From: an uncultured delta proteobacterium
GTDB taxonomy: Bacteria; Myxococcota_A; UBA9160; SZUA-336
DNA length: 64,000 bases
Assembly (NCBI GenBank): GCA_963704165.1
Contig: CAVPHD010000010.1
Location: forward strand, 1-64,000
Reading direction: 5' to 3'
In this document: piece after piece, positions 10,138-23,892 of the stretch
Numbering within the stretch: the first letter of the stretch is position 1
How the letters are laid out: each line of letters begins with the position of its first letter
Notes under the pieces: generated by a model
What the model was told of the DNA's origin: nothing
The model's database searches: none
What the model saw: only the letters and a program-made list of their open reading frames with translations
Made by a program: the position numbers and the translations under genes

Positions 10138-10743
10138 TCAAGGGCGGGGGTGCCGCCGGACGTACAGGGCGAAGTATTCGTATCCGGACCAGACCGTGAT
10201 GCCCGTGGCGATGATCAGCAAGACCAGGCCGAGCTCCTGTACCGGCAGCCCGATCAGCGGGAAGTGCACGAGCAGCGCGGTGAGCGCGGCGATCTGGAAG
10301 CCCGTCTTCCACTTCCCGAGCGGGGACGCGCCCATCAGGATGCCATCGGCGCTCATCATGGCACGCAGGGCCGTCACGGCGAACTCGCGGCCGAGGATCG
10401 CGATCACGAGCGGCAGCGCCCAGCTCGGGATCCGCCCGACGGCGACCAGCATGACGAACGCGGTCATGACCAGGAACTTGTCCGCGAGCGGGTCGAGCAG
10501 CTTTCCGATTCGGCTCTCGGTGCCGTGACGACGCGCCAGGTACCCGTCGAGCAGATCGGTCAGCGAGATGGCGAGGAATCCGAACCCGATGATCATGCTC
10601 CAGCTCGGCCCCTCGAACCAAGGCAGCAGGAGCAGAAGTGGCGTCAGCCCGATCCGCAGCAGCGTGATCGTGTTCGGCAGGTTCCAGAAGTTCTCGCTCA
10701 CGTCTCCGACCGCGCGCGGCGCGCTATCTGCGGAAGTCAGCAT
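10138..10743 (-). CDS. pgsA: CDP-diacylglycerol--glycerol-3-phosphate 3-phosphatidyltransferase (true start may be GTG near 10701)
   Basis: NLPNTITLLRI, TDLLDGYLAR..GKLLDPLADK and GKWKT..Q. Confidence 0.93.
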   Translation of the reverse strand: MLTSADSAPRAVGDVSENFWNLPNTITLLRIGLTPLLLLLPWFEGPSWSMIIGFGFLAISLTDLLDGYLARRHGTESRIGKLLDPLADKFLVMTAFVMLVAVGRIPSWALPLVIAILGREFAVTALRAMMSADGILMGASPLGKWKTGFQIAALTALLVHFPLIGLPVQELGLVLLIIATGITVWSGYEYFALYVRRHPRP

Positions 10744-11350
10744 GGTACTTCTTGTACAGGCGCAGCACCCGCTCGACGTAGGTCCGGGTCTCGTCGTACG
10801 GCGGCACGCCCCCGTGACGCGTCACCGCCTCGGGACCGGCGTTGTACGCGGCAACAGCGAGTGGAAGTTGGCCGGGAAAGCGTTCGATCATCTTGCCCAA
10901 GTAGCGCGTCCCCCCGTCGATGTTCTGCCACGGGTCGAGCGCGTCTGCCACCCCGAGGTCACGCGCGGTCCCCGGCATGAGCTGCATCAGCCCCTGCGCG
11001 CCTTTGCGCGAAACGGCATACGGATCGAAGCCGGATTCGGCGGCGATCACCGCCTTCACCAGCGCCGGCGACACGCCGTGCTGGCGCGAGGCCCGCTGGA
11101 TGGCCGGGTCGTAGGCGAGCGCCCGCCGGCCCGGGGCCCGCGGCGAATACGAGGCCGCGCGGAGCGCGTAATCGCTCTTGGGCTGGTAGCGGGAGAAGCC
11201 CTCGTGCGAAGGAGTATCCGAGAAGTAGGTGCGACCGTATTCGTCCTTGTAGACGAAGATCTGCGCATCGGCTGCGCGCGCGAGCGCGAGGGTGAGCACG
11301 GCGGCCAGAAGCCAGCCCAGTGCAGACGCGCGCATCGCGGCTCGATACAT
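10724..11350 (-). CDS. Soluble lytic transglycosylase with signal peptide and DUF4124-like N-terminus
   Basis: AVIAAES, AVSRKGAQGLMQLMP, NIDGGTRYL, AAYNAG and ETRTYV. IFVYKDEYGRTYFSDTP follows the signal peptide. Confidence 0.92.
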   Translation of the reverse strand: MYRAAMRASALGWLLAAVLTLALARAADAQIFVYKDEYGRTYFSDTPSHEGFSRYQPKSDYALRAASYSPRAPGRRALAYDPAIQRASRQHGVSPALVKAVIAAESGFDPYAVSRKGAQGLMQLMPGTARDLGVADALDPWQNIDGGTRYLGKMIERFPGQLPLAVAAYNAGPEAVTRHGGVPPYDETRTYVERVLRLYKKYHADFRR

Positions 11351-11466
11351 TCTCGCCCCCGAAGCCTCCCGTGTGACGCGAGGTTCGCTCCCCGTCCATC
11401 GGCCTGAGGCCTGGCGCGGTGTAGCGGCGCTGGCCCTGCGGGAGGGCCGAGGTCTAGACTGCCCGC

Positions 11467-13062
11467 GTGGCGCGAGAGACCGACTTCCTCGTGATCGGCA
11501 GCGGAATCGCGGGTCTCTCCTTCGCGTTGCGCGCAGCCGAGTTCGGATCCGTGACGGTGGTGACGAAAAAGGGCACCGCCGAATCGGCAACGAACTACGC
11601 GCAGGGCGGAATCGCGGCCGTCCTGGCGAACGAGGACTCGTTCGCGGACCACGTCCGCGACACGCTGGTCGCGGGCGCGGGTCTCTGCCGGGAGGAGGCG
11701 GTGCGGTTCGTCGTCGAGCAAGGGCCCGACGCGGTGCGGAGCCTGATGGACCTCGGCGTTCGATTCGACGCGAGCACGGAAGGGCCCGGCTTCGACCTCG
11801 GCCGCGAGGGCGGGCACTCGCGGAGGCGCGTGCTCCACGCCGCCGACTTCACCGGGCAGGAGATCGAACGCGTGCTCGTCGAGCGCTGCGAGGCGAATCC
11901 CCGAATCGAGGTGCTGGCGAATCGGATCAGCATCGATCTCGTGACGACCCGAAAACTCGGCGTGCCGGGGCGGCCGCGCATCTGCGGCGCCTACGTGATG
12001 GACGAGGAGTCGGGCCGCGTCGAGCGCTTCCGCGCGCGCATCGTTCTGCTCGCGACCGGCGGCTGCGGAAAGACCTACCTGTACACGAGCAATCCCGACA
12101 TCGCCTCGGGCGACGGCATCGCCATGGCATTCCGAGCGGGGGCGACGATCGCGAACATGGAGTTCATCCAGTTCCATCCGACCTGCCTGTTTCACCCCGA
12201 GGCGCGCTCGTTCCTGATCAGCGAGGCGGTGCGCGGCGAGGGGGCGGTGCTGCGCAACAGGAACGGAGAGGCGTTCATGCCGCGCTACGACGCGCGGGCC
12301 GACCTCGCGCCACGTGACGTGGTCGCGCGCTCGATCGATTTCGAGCTGAAGCGCTCCGGCGACGACTGCGTCTTCCTCGACTGCACCGCACTCGATCCCG
12401 CTTTCCTGCGCTCGCGTTTCCCGAACATCTTCGAGCGATGCTTGCAGTATGGCTTCGACCTGACGAAGCAGCCGATCCCGGTCGTTCCCGCGGCGCACTA
12501 CGCCTGCGGGGGCGTGCGCACGGATCTCCACGGCGAGACGGACATCGAGAACCTGTTCGCCGCGGGCGAAGTCGCATCGACCGGGCTGCACGGGGCAAAT
12601 CGCCTGGCGTCGAACTCGCTGCTCGAGGGCGTGGTCTTCGCGCGCGCCGCGGCCGAGGCGTCCATCGCGCGACTGGGGAACTCGACCGACCTGCCCCCCG
12701 CCTTCCCCGCCTGGGATCCGGGCCGTGCGGTCGATCCGACCGAGGAAGTGCTCGTCAACGCGAACTGGGACGAGATCCGCCGGCTGATGTGGAACTACGT
12801 CGGCATCGTGCGCAGCGACAAGCGACTCGACCGCGCGCACCGCCGGATCGAGAACCTGCGGCGGGAGATCCGCGAGTACTACTGGAACTTCGTGCTGACG
12901 CCCGGGCTGGTGGAGCTCCGCAATCTCGCGCTCGTCGCGGAGCTGATCATCCGCTCCGCCTCGGCGCGCAAGGAGAGCCGCGGTCTCCACTACACCGTCG
13001 ACCATCCCGACCTCGCCGGCGAAGCGAGAGACACGCTCCTCCGCGCGCCACTCGAGCCCTGA
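11467..13062 (+). CDS. nadB: L-aspartate oxidase
   Basis: IGSGIAGL, YAQGGIA, EGGHS.RR.LH, FIQFHPT, SEAVRGEG, HY.CGG, GLHGANRLASNSLLE and ESRGLHY. Confidence 0.95.
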   Translation: MARETDFLVIGSGIAGLSFALRAAEFGSVTVVTKKGTAESATNYAQGGIAAVLANEDSFADHVRDTLVAGAGLCREEAVRFVVEQGPDAVRSLMDLGVRFDASTEGPGFDLGREGGHSRRRVLHAADFTGQEIERVLVERCEANPRIEVLANRISIDLVTTRKLGVPGRPRICGAYVMDEESGRVERFRARIVLLATGGCGKTYLYTSNPDIASGDGIAMAFRAGATIANMEFIQFHPTCLFHPEARSFLISEAVRGEGAVLRNRNGEAFMPRYDARADLAPRDVVARSIDFELKRSGDDCVFLDCTALDPAFLRSRFPNIFERCLQYGFDLTKQPIPVVPAAHYACGGVRTDLHGETDIENLFAAGEVASTGLHGANRLASNSLLEGVVFARAAAEASIARLGNSTDLPPAFPAWDPGRAVDPTEEVLVNANWDEIRRLMWNYVGIVRSDKRLDRAHRRIENLRREIREYYWNFVLTPGLVELRNLALVAELIIRSASARKESRGLHYTVDHPDLAGEARDTLLRAPLEP

Positions 13063-13080
13063 GTTCAGGCGGGCTCGCCG

Positions 13081-13845
13081 TCAGACGCCGCCGGTGACCG
13101 CCGTGTTGATCACGGTTCCGCCCAGACCGAGGATCTGCTGCAGCGGGAAGAAGACCAGCTGCAGCGCGTAGCCGATTCGCGCGGAGAGATTCGGTGGCAC
13201 GTAGACGATGTCGCCGGGCTGGAGCATGAAATTGGTCTGTCCGTAACCCGCCTCGGTGATCGCGGAGAAATAGATCGAGTAGGTCAGCTCGCCCTCGGAC
13301 GATGGGCGAACCAGCCGGGCGCCGTCGAGCGATGCCATGCGCGTGGGACCACCGGCGCTGGCCAGCGCGTGCACGGCGGTCACGTCGCCGAGAATCGGAT
13401 AGGCCCCCGGTCGGTTGACCTCGCCGAAGATGTAGAAGGTGCGGCTGTTCGAGGTCCGGAGCATCACGGTGACGTCGGGCTGGACGATGTACTCCTTCAG
13501 CCGCGTCGTGATCTCGGAGCGGATCTCCTCGATCGTCTTTCCGCGCGCCTCGACGTCGCCGATCAGATCGAGGGAGAAACGGCCATCGGGACGAACCGCG
13601 AGCTCGCGCTCGATCAACGGCTCCGGGCGCACCGTGATCACCAGCACGTCGGGCGGCGCCACGCGGTACTCCGCCGCGAGCGACGGCAGCCCCGGATTCC
13701 CCGCCGACGTGATGCAGCCGAGCGCCGAGGCACAGATCGCCGAGGCGACCACGAAGCGGAACCAGGCGGAAACTTGGCTTTTCACGGCAAACACCCCCTC
13801 GTCGCGTTGTTTCATCGCCCGCGAAGCGGGCCTCTCAGCTCGCAC
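13081..13845 (-). CDS. Polysaccharide export lipoprotein (Wza/OPX family); true start may be about 30-60 nt downstream
   Basis: Lipobox ALGC, EY.VAPPDVL.I, VRPDGRFS, GEVNRPG and LQPGDIVYVP. Confidence 0.9.
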   Translation of the reverse strand: MRAERPASRAMKQRDEGVFAVKSQVSAWFRFVVASAICASALGCITSAGNPGLPSLAAEYRVAPPDVLVITVRPEPLIERELAVRPDGRFSLDLIGDVEARGKTIEEIRSEITTRLKEYIVQPDVTVMLRTSNSRTFYIFGEVNRPGAYPILGDVTAVHALASAGGPTRMASLDGARLVRPSSEGELTYSIYFSAITEAGYGQTNFMLQPGDIVYVPPNLSARIGYALQLVFFPLQQILGLGGTVINTAVTGGV

Positions 13846-14875
13846 CGCGTCCGGAGATGACCGCCGGAACCGTCGCGAGCAGGATTTGCAGATCGAGAAG
13901 CAGCGACCAGCGCTCCACGTACTCGATGTCGAGCTTCACCCAGTCCTCGAACTCGATCTGATTGCGGCCCGAGACCTGCCACAGGCAGGTGATTCCCGGT
14001 CGCATGCTCAGCCGTCCCCTGTGATCGAGCTCGTACCGCTCCACCTCGCCCGGTACCGGAGGCCGCGGACCGACCAGGCTCATGTGTCCGGCGAGGACGT
14101 TCACGAGCTGGGGCAGCTCGTCGATCGAGTACTTGCGCAGGATCCGTCCGACGCGCGTGACGCGCGGGTCGTTCTCGATCTTGAAGACCGGGCCCGATTT
14201 CTCGTTGAGCTCGGAGAGCTCGCTCTTCCGGCTCTCGGCATCGGTGACCATCGTGCGGAACTTCAGGAACGGGAAGATGCGCCCATACCGGCCACACCGC
14301 CGCTGAACGAAGAAGACCGGACCGCGAGAGTCGACCTTGATCGCGAGAGCGGTCGCGAACAGGATCGGAGCGGCGAGAAGCAGAACCGCGAGGGATCCGA
14401 TCAGATCGACGGCGCGCTTGGCCGCGAGCTGCCAGCGTGAACGGTGCCCGTGCACCGAGAACGAGAACGCGGGGACGTCACCGATCCGTGTCACGACGAC
14501 GTGGGCCGCTCGCGTCTCGAACAGGTCGGCGGGAATCGTCAGGTCGATGCCGAGGGTTTCACAGAGGCCGATCGCGTTCGCGACCGAGTCCTGGCTCAGG
14601 AACCGGCGCGGCAGGCCATAGACGACCCAGCCCACGCCCTCGCTCGCCGCCACCTCGCCGAGCCGATCGAGCGCGCCGAGATAGCTCGCGCCCAGACTCG
14701 CCCGGTCGGCCTCCGACGGTTGATCGTCGAGGAAACCGACGACCCTCCGGACGCCGCCTCGCTCGTCCTCGATCGCCTTCGCGAGCCTGCGGGCGCGCCG
14801 GCCCGTCCCGAGCACGAGCGCACGGCTCCGGCTCTGCCGTCCGGTTCCAGAGGAGCGCTCGATCGGGTCGGTCAT
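13835..14875 (-). CDS. Undecaprenyl-phosphate glycosylphosphotransferase (WcaJ/WbaP-like priming sugar transferase)
   Basis: KRAVDL, DS.GPVFF.Q.R.G, KFRTM, DPRVTRVG..LRKYSIDELPQL.NV..G.MSLVGPRP and PGITCLWQVSGRN. Confidence 0.95.
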   Translation of the reverse strand: MTDPIERSSGTGRQSRSRALVLGTGRRARRLAKAIEDERGGVRRVVGFLDDQPSEADRASLGASYLGALDRLGEVAASEGVGWVVYGLPRRFLSQDSVANAIGLCETLGIDLTIPADLFETRAAHVVVTRIGDVPAFSFSVHGHRSRWQLAAKRAVDLIGSLAVLLLAAPILFATALAIKVDSRGPVFFVQRRCGRYGRIFPFLKFRTMVTDAESRKSELSELNEKSGPVFKIENDPRVTRVGRILRKYSIDELPQLVNVLAGHMSLVGPRPPVPGEVERYELDHRGRLSMRPGITCLWQVSGRNQIEFEDWVKLDIEYVERWSLLLDLQILLATVPAVISGRGAS

Positions 14876-14890
14876 TTTCCGCGCTCCCGT

Positions 14891-17126
14891 TCAGCTTCCC
14901 GGCGTGGCGGCGGAATCGTCGCTCTGCTCCGGATGCGTGTAGGGCGAATACATGTAGTTCGGATAGTGCAGGCTGCTCCGGGGATCGACCTGATTGAAGA
15001 CGATTCCGAGCACGCGAGCCCCGGCGCGGCGCAGGTCCTCGCGAATCCTGCGCAGCGCGTGTCGGTCGACGCTCCCCGGTTTGTGCACGAGCAGCGTTCC
15101 GTCCGCGTCCGCGGCGAGCAGAAGCGCGTCGGGCACCGCAAGCAGAACCGCGGAGTCGATCATGATCAGGTCGTACTCGTCCCGGAGATCGGAGACGAGC
15201 TGCGCGAAGGACGACGATCCCAGAAGCTCCGAGGGGTTTTCCGGAACGGCGCCCGCGGGAATGAAGTCGAATTCCGTCCGCTCGGGCCGGACCACCGCAT
15301 CCTCGACGCGCGCCTTGCCTTGCAGGATCTCGGACAAGCCGGGGGACGCGGTTCGCCGCAGCACGCGATGGACGCGCGGCCGGCGCATGTCCGCGTCGAC
15401 GAGGACCACGCGGCGTCCCATCCGGCCGAAGGCTCCCGCGAGATTCACGCAGGTCGTCGTCTTCCCCTCGCCCGCGATCGCGCTCGTCACGAGCAGGACT
15501 TGAAGCTTGGCGGCCCTCATCGCGAACAAGAGAGAGGTGCGCACGTTGCGGTAGCTCTCGCCCGCCGCCGAACCGGGCGCATCGACGGCCTGCCTCTCCG
15601 GCGGCGCCTTGCGGCCTTCGACTCGCGGCACCATCCCGAGCGAGGTCGTGCCGAGCAGCGCCGCGATCGCCAGCGGATCGCGCAGGCGCCGATCGATGAC
15701 CTCGAGCGCGAACGCCAAGCCGAAGCCGAGCCCGAGGGCGAGCACCCAGCCCGCGATCAGGTACTTCTTGCGATTCGGCCCCGCTGGCATCGAGGGCGCG
15801 ATCGCGTAGTCGAGCACGTCCGCGCCCACCTCCTTGGTCGCCGCGGTGAGCAGCGTCTCGTTCCGGCGCGTCATCAGCACCTCGAGAATCTGCTTGTCGA
15901 TCGCGAGCTCGTTGGCCAGCCGACGGTAGCGACCCACGGCCTCCGCCTTCGGCCCCATGGGCATCGACGCCAGGAGATCCACGCGCGACTTCTCCAGCAC
16001 GTTCACGCGCGCGAGCTGTTGCGATTCCTCGGAGAGCAGGCGCTGGTACTCCGTCTCCTCGCCGGGCGTGAGCATTCGCGGCGGGCGACTCGCGACCGAG
16101 CCGAGACGCGAGGACAGGTTCGCGACGACTCCCTCGAGCCGGCGCACCTCCGGATGCGTGGGCGTGAAGCGGAGCCGTGCCGACTCCAGCTCTCCGGTTG
16201 CGAGCTCGTACTGCTCGCGGATCGCGGAAACTCCCGAATCGGCGCCCGCGTCACCCGTCGACGCCGAAGCATGTGGACTGAGCGTCGCGAGCCGCGTCCG
16301 CGCCGACATCAGGTTCACGCGCGCGGCCTGCAGCTCGATCTCGATCTGATCGAGCCCTGAACTCTGCGGCTGATTTCGGCTCTCCTCGAGGACGGCAAGG
16401 GACAGGTTGTTCGTCGATACGATCTCGCTCAGCGCCTGTTCCTTCCGCGCCGCCTGCTCGCGCAGCTCGTACACCTGCTGGTTCAGCCAGGCGACCGCCC
16501 GGCGGGAGGCCTCCTCGCGCTGATCCCCCACGTACTTCACGTACGCGTCGGCGACGGCATTGGCGAGGAACGTCGCGCCGCCGCCGCTTGCCGCCGGCCG
16601 CGGTGATGCGGAGGTAGTTCCCACCACCCGTGAGGCTGACGTCGAGAATCGAGCGCAGCACATTGACGCGCGCCGCTCGATCCTGATCCGCGGTGAGCGG
16701 TACGCTCGCTCCCCCGATCACGGATTTCGCCGCGTCGAGGAAGCTCTTCGGCGCTTCACCACCCGAGGGAAGCTGGTCGACGACTCGTCCGAGCACCGCG
16801 TCGGAGAGAACGAGCGTGATCAGCGCGTCTTCGCTGTTCGACGCGGCCATCCAGCCAGGACTCCGACCATCGCCCGCGCCACCCGGCATGACGTCGGCGC
16901 CGAACTCCATGACCTTCGGCGGGGTCCGGATCACGACCGTGGACGTCGCTTCGTAATAGGACGAGAGCAGGAACGGGACGACGCTCGCTGGAAGCAGAAG
17001 CGGAACGGTGACGAGCAGGATGACGATCCTGCGGCGGCGCAGGAAATCGAGGATCACGCGCGGGTCGAGATCGTTCGCCGAGCCATCGTCTACGAAGCCG
17101 TCGCGTTCGCTTGATTCCGGTCTCAT
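14891..17126 (-). CDS. Wzc-type polysaccharide co-polymerase / BY tyrosine kinase (frameshift near 16580-16600)
   Basis: N-terminal Wzz TM and YEATS, coiled coil, second TM, ESYRNVRTSL, GEGKTT, DADMRRP and a C-terminal Tyr cluster (HYPNYMYSPY). Confidence 0.9.
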
Positions 17127-17182
17127 CCAGTCCCCTTCCGCTGTCTCTCGCCGAGGTCGGATGGTCGAGCCGCGCCCAGAGT

Positions 17183-17198
17183 AGCAATGCCCGTGCCC
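17183..17198 (-). promoter_or_regulatory. Putative sigma54 (-24/-12) promoter of the wzc-transferase-wza operon
   Basis: Minus strand reads GGGCAC-GGGCA-TTGCT with exact GG-N10-GC spacing, about 57 nt upstream of the ATG at 17126. Confidence 0.55.
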
Positions 17199-17348
17199 CG
17201 CCGGAATGCGGCCGACACCGGAACGTGCGCGCTCGGAGGGAAGTGCACCTCCACATTAGACACCCGCGGCGGCCGTCCTCCACAATCCGCCGCCAGCCAC
17301 CGATCTCTGGGCTAACCTGCGGCCCGCGCAAGACCGCACCGGAGACGG

Positions 17349-18209
17349 GTGATGAACACGACGGGTGGGTCCGACGCGAGCCTCGAGGGGCCAACACCAG
17401 CCTCCGGCCATGCGTTGCGTGTGATCTGCCTGATGGCGAGCCTCGCCGCCGCCTGGCCCGCACTTCACCTGCTCTCCTACATCTGGCAGAGCTCCGACTA
17501 TCTCGCGCACGGCTATCTGATTCCGGTCACGTCGATCGGGCTGCTCTGGCTGCGCCGCGCGCGGATTCGCGAGGATCTCGCCACCGCGACCTCCCCGGCA
17601 CTCGGGCCTGCGGTCGTGCTGGCCGCCGCGCTCTTCCACTCCGGCGCCCTGCTCGCGGAAGCGGGAACGTTCGCGGGCATCGGCATCGTCGCGACGATCG
17701 CTGCGACCGCCTACGCGGTCGGGGGCCAGAGGCTCCTGCGCACGCTCGCGCTGCCGGTCGGATTCCTGCTCTTGATGGTCCCGCCGCCGGGATTCCTGCA
17801 GGACCGGCTTCTCTTCGGCCTGAAGGAGATCGTGATCCGAGTTTCGGTCGGGCTCCTGCAGGCGTTCGGATACTCGATCGCTGCGACCGGCAACCGGATC
17901 TTCGTGCCCGGCCACGAGCTCTTCGTCGCGAATGCCTGCAGCGGCCTGACGTCGATCGTCACGCTGATGCCTCTGGGTGTCGTCGTCGCCTACTTCCTCT
18001 CGCACGGCACGTGGCGGCGGTTGCTGATCGTCGCGAGCATCGTGCCGATCGCGGTTCTCGGGAACATGCTGCGCGTGGTGCTCACGGTCGTTCTCGTCTC
18101 CGCCGGCGGCATGGAGTACGCGGAAGGACTGGTCCACGAGAGCTTCGGCGTCGCCACGTTCGCCGGCGGCACGATCGTCCTCGTCGGCCTCGCGAGACTC
18201 CTCCGTTGA
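17349..18209 (+). CDS. Exosortase (EpsH family)
   Basis: Multi-TM protein with HGYLIP, catalytic-type V.NACSG, N.LR and H(ESFG). Confidence 0.9.
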   Translation: MMNTTGGSDASLEGPTPASGHALRVICLMASLAAAWPALHLLSYIWQSSDYLAHGYLIPVTSIGLLWLRRARIREDLATATSPALGPAVVLAAALFHSGALLAEAGTFAGIGIVATIAATAYAVGGQRLLRTLALPVGFLLLMVPPPGFLQDRLLFGLKEIVIRVSVGLLQAFGYSIAATGNRIFVPGHELFVANACSGLTSIVTLMPLGVVVAYFLSHGTWRRLLIVASIVPIAVLGNMLRVVLTVVLVSAGGMEYAEGLVHESFGVATFAGGTIVLVGLARLLR

Positions 18210-18868
18210 CGACGCTGCGGCTCGTGCTCGTCCTCGCGTTCGTCTCGCTGCCGCTCCTGGCCGAGCGCGTGGTGGATCTGCGAGCCCGATCGACGCACGT
18301 CTTCGACGCGAACGCCCTGCCCGATCGAATCGCTGCGTACCGGCAGATCCGCGACGAAAAGCTCGGCGGCGAGATCGTCTCGATGCTCGAACCCGAGTCG
18401 TACACGATGCGGCTGTACGGAGACGACCAGGACTCGTTCGTCTGGCTCTACTTCGCGATCTACTCGGGATCGGACTCGACCGGCGCACACGACCCGGCCG
18501 TCTGCTACCCGGCTCAGGGTTGGGACACGAGCGCGCCGACGGAGCTGGAGCTCGAGACCGCCGATGGCGAGCGAATGGCGGTGAAGACGATCGCCGCGAC
18601 GCTCGGAGGCCGGGAGGAGCGGGTCCTGTACTGGTTCCAGCCGGCATCGCGTTGGCCGACCACGACTCCGCGCGAGCAGATCCTGCGCATGATCGACGGA
18701 CTCGCCGGTCGCTCGCAATACGGCTTCGTACGGCTCTCGATGCAGGTCGAGCGACCCGGCGACGCCGCACGGCGCGCGGCGGATGCGAAGCTCAGCGCCA
18801 TCGCGATCGAACTCGGACCCGCCTTGAGGCGAGCGGTCACGGGCGAAATCGAATCGACGCTCCCCTGA
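18206..18868 (+). CDS. EpsI-family exosortase-associated protein
   Basis: TTG start overlaps the exosortase stop. Motifs HDPAVCYPAQGW, VLYWFQ and FVRLS. Confidence 0.88.
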   Translation: MTTLRLVLVLAFVSLPLLAERVVDLRARSTHVFDANALPDRIAAYRQIRDEKLGGEIVSMLEPESYTMRLYGDDQDSFVWLYFAIYSGSDSTGAHDPAVCYPAQGWDTSAPTELELETADGERMAVKTIAATLGGREERVLYWFQPASRWPTTTPREQILRMIDGLAGRSQYGFVRLSMQVERPGDAARRAADAKLSAIAIELGPALRRAVTGEIESTLP

Positions 18869-19033
18869 CGAGCGACGCTGCGATCCACCGCGTTTGCCCT
18901 GCTCTGGCCCACGGTGCAAGATGATGCGCACGCAGTCCGTGCGCACCTCGCCCCAAAACCGGCCGCAGTCGCTGGACCGGAGTCTCGGTTCCGCCCGAGC
19001 GCACGCGCTCGCGCGCCGAACGAATCCGATGTT

Positions 19034-19049
19034 CGGCAGCGGAGTTGCA
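19034..19049 (+). promoter_or_regulatory. Putative sigma54 promoter of the NRPS-PKS operon
   Basis: CGGCAG-CGGAG-TTGCA with GG-N10-GC spacing, in the intergenic region before the ATG at 19153. Confidence 0.45.
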
Positions 19050-19152
19050 TGGCATCTGGCCGTTCCAGAGAGGACCGGGACGGCGCACGAGTTCAAGGCT
19101 GACCGGACCGGAAACGAATAGTGATGCGGAATCACCAACGAGCGGAGTTGGA

Positions 19153-23888
<4,736 letters not shown>

Positions 23889-23892
<4 letters not shown>

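Noticed and set aside
13053..13077. Hairpin CGAGCCC...GGGCTCG between the convergent nadB and wza genes
   Set aside because: Short GC stem with no U-tract on either strand, so it cannot be supported as a terminator
17111..18205. N-terminal extension making EpsI 585 aa
   Set aside because: It overlaps the exosortase out of frame. The EpsI-like sequence starts only at TTG 18206
19038..19150. AGCGGAGTTG direct repeat (19038 and 19141) upstream of the NRPS
   Set aside because: Only two copies of 10 bp; one overlaps the putative promoter and the other the RBS. No independent support
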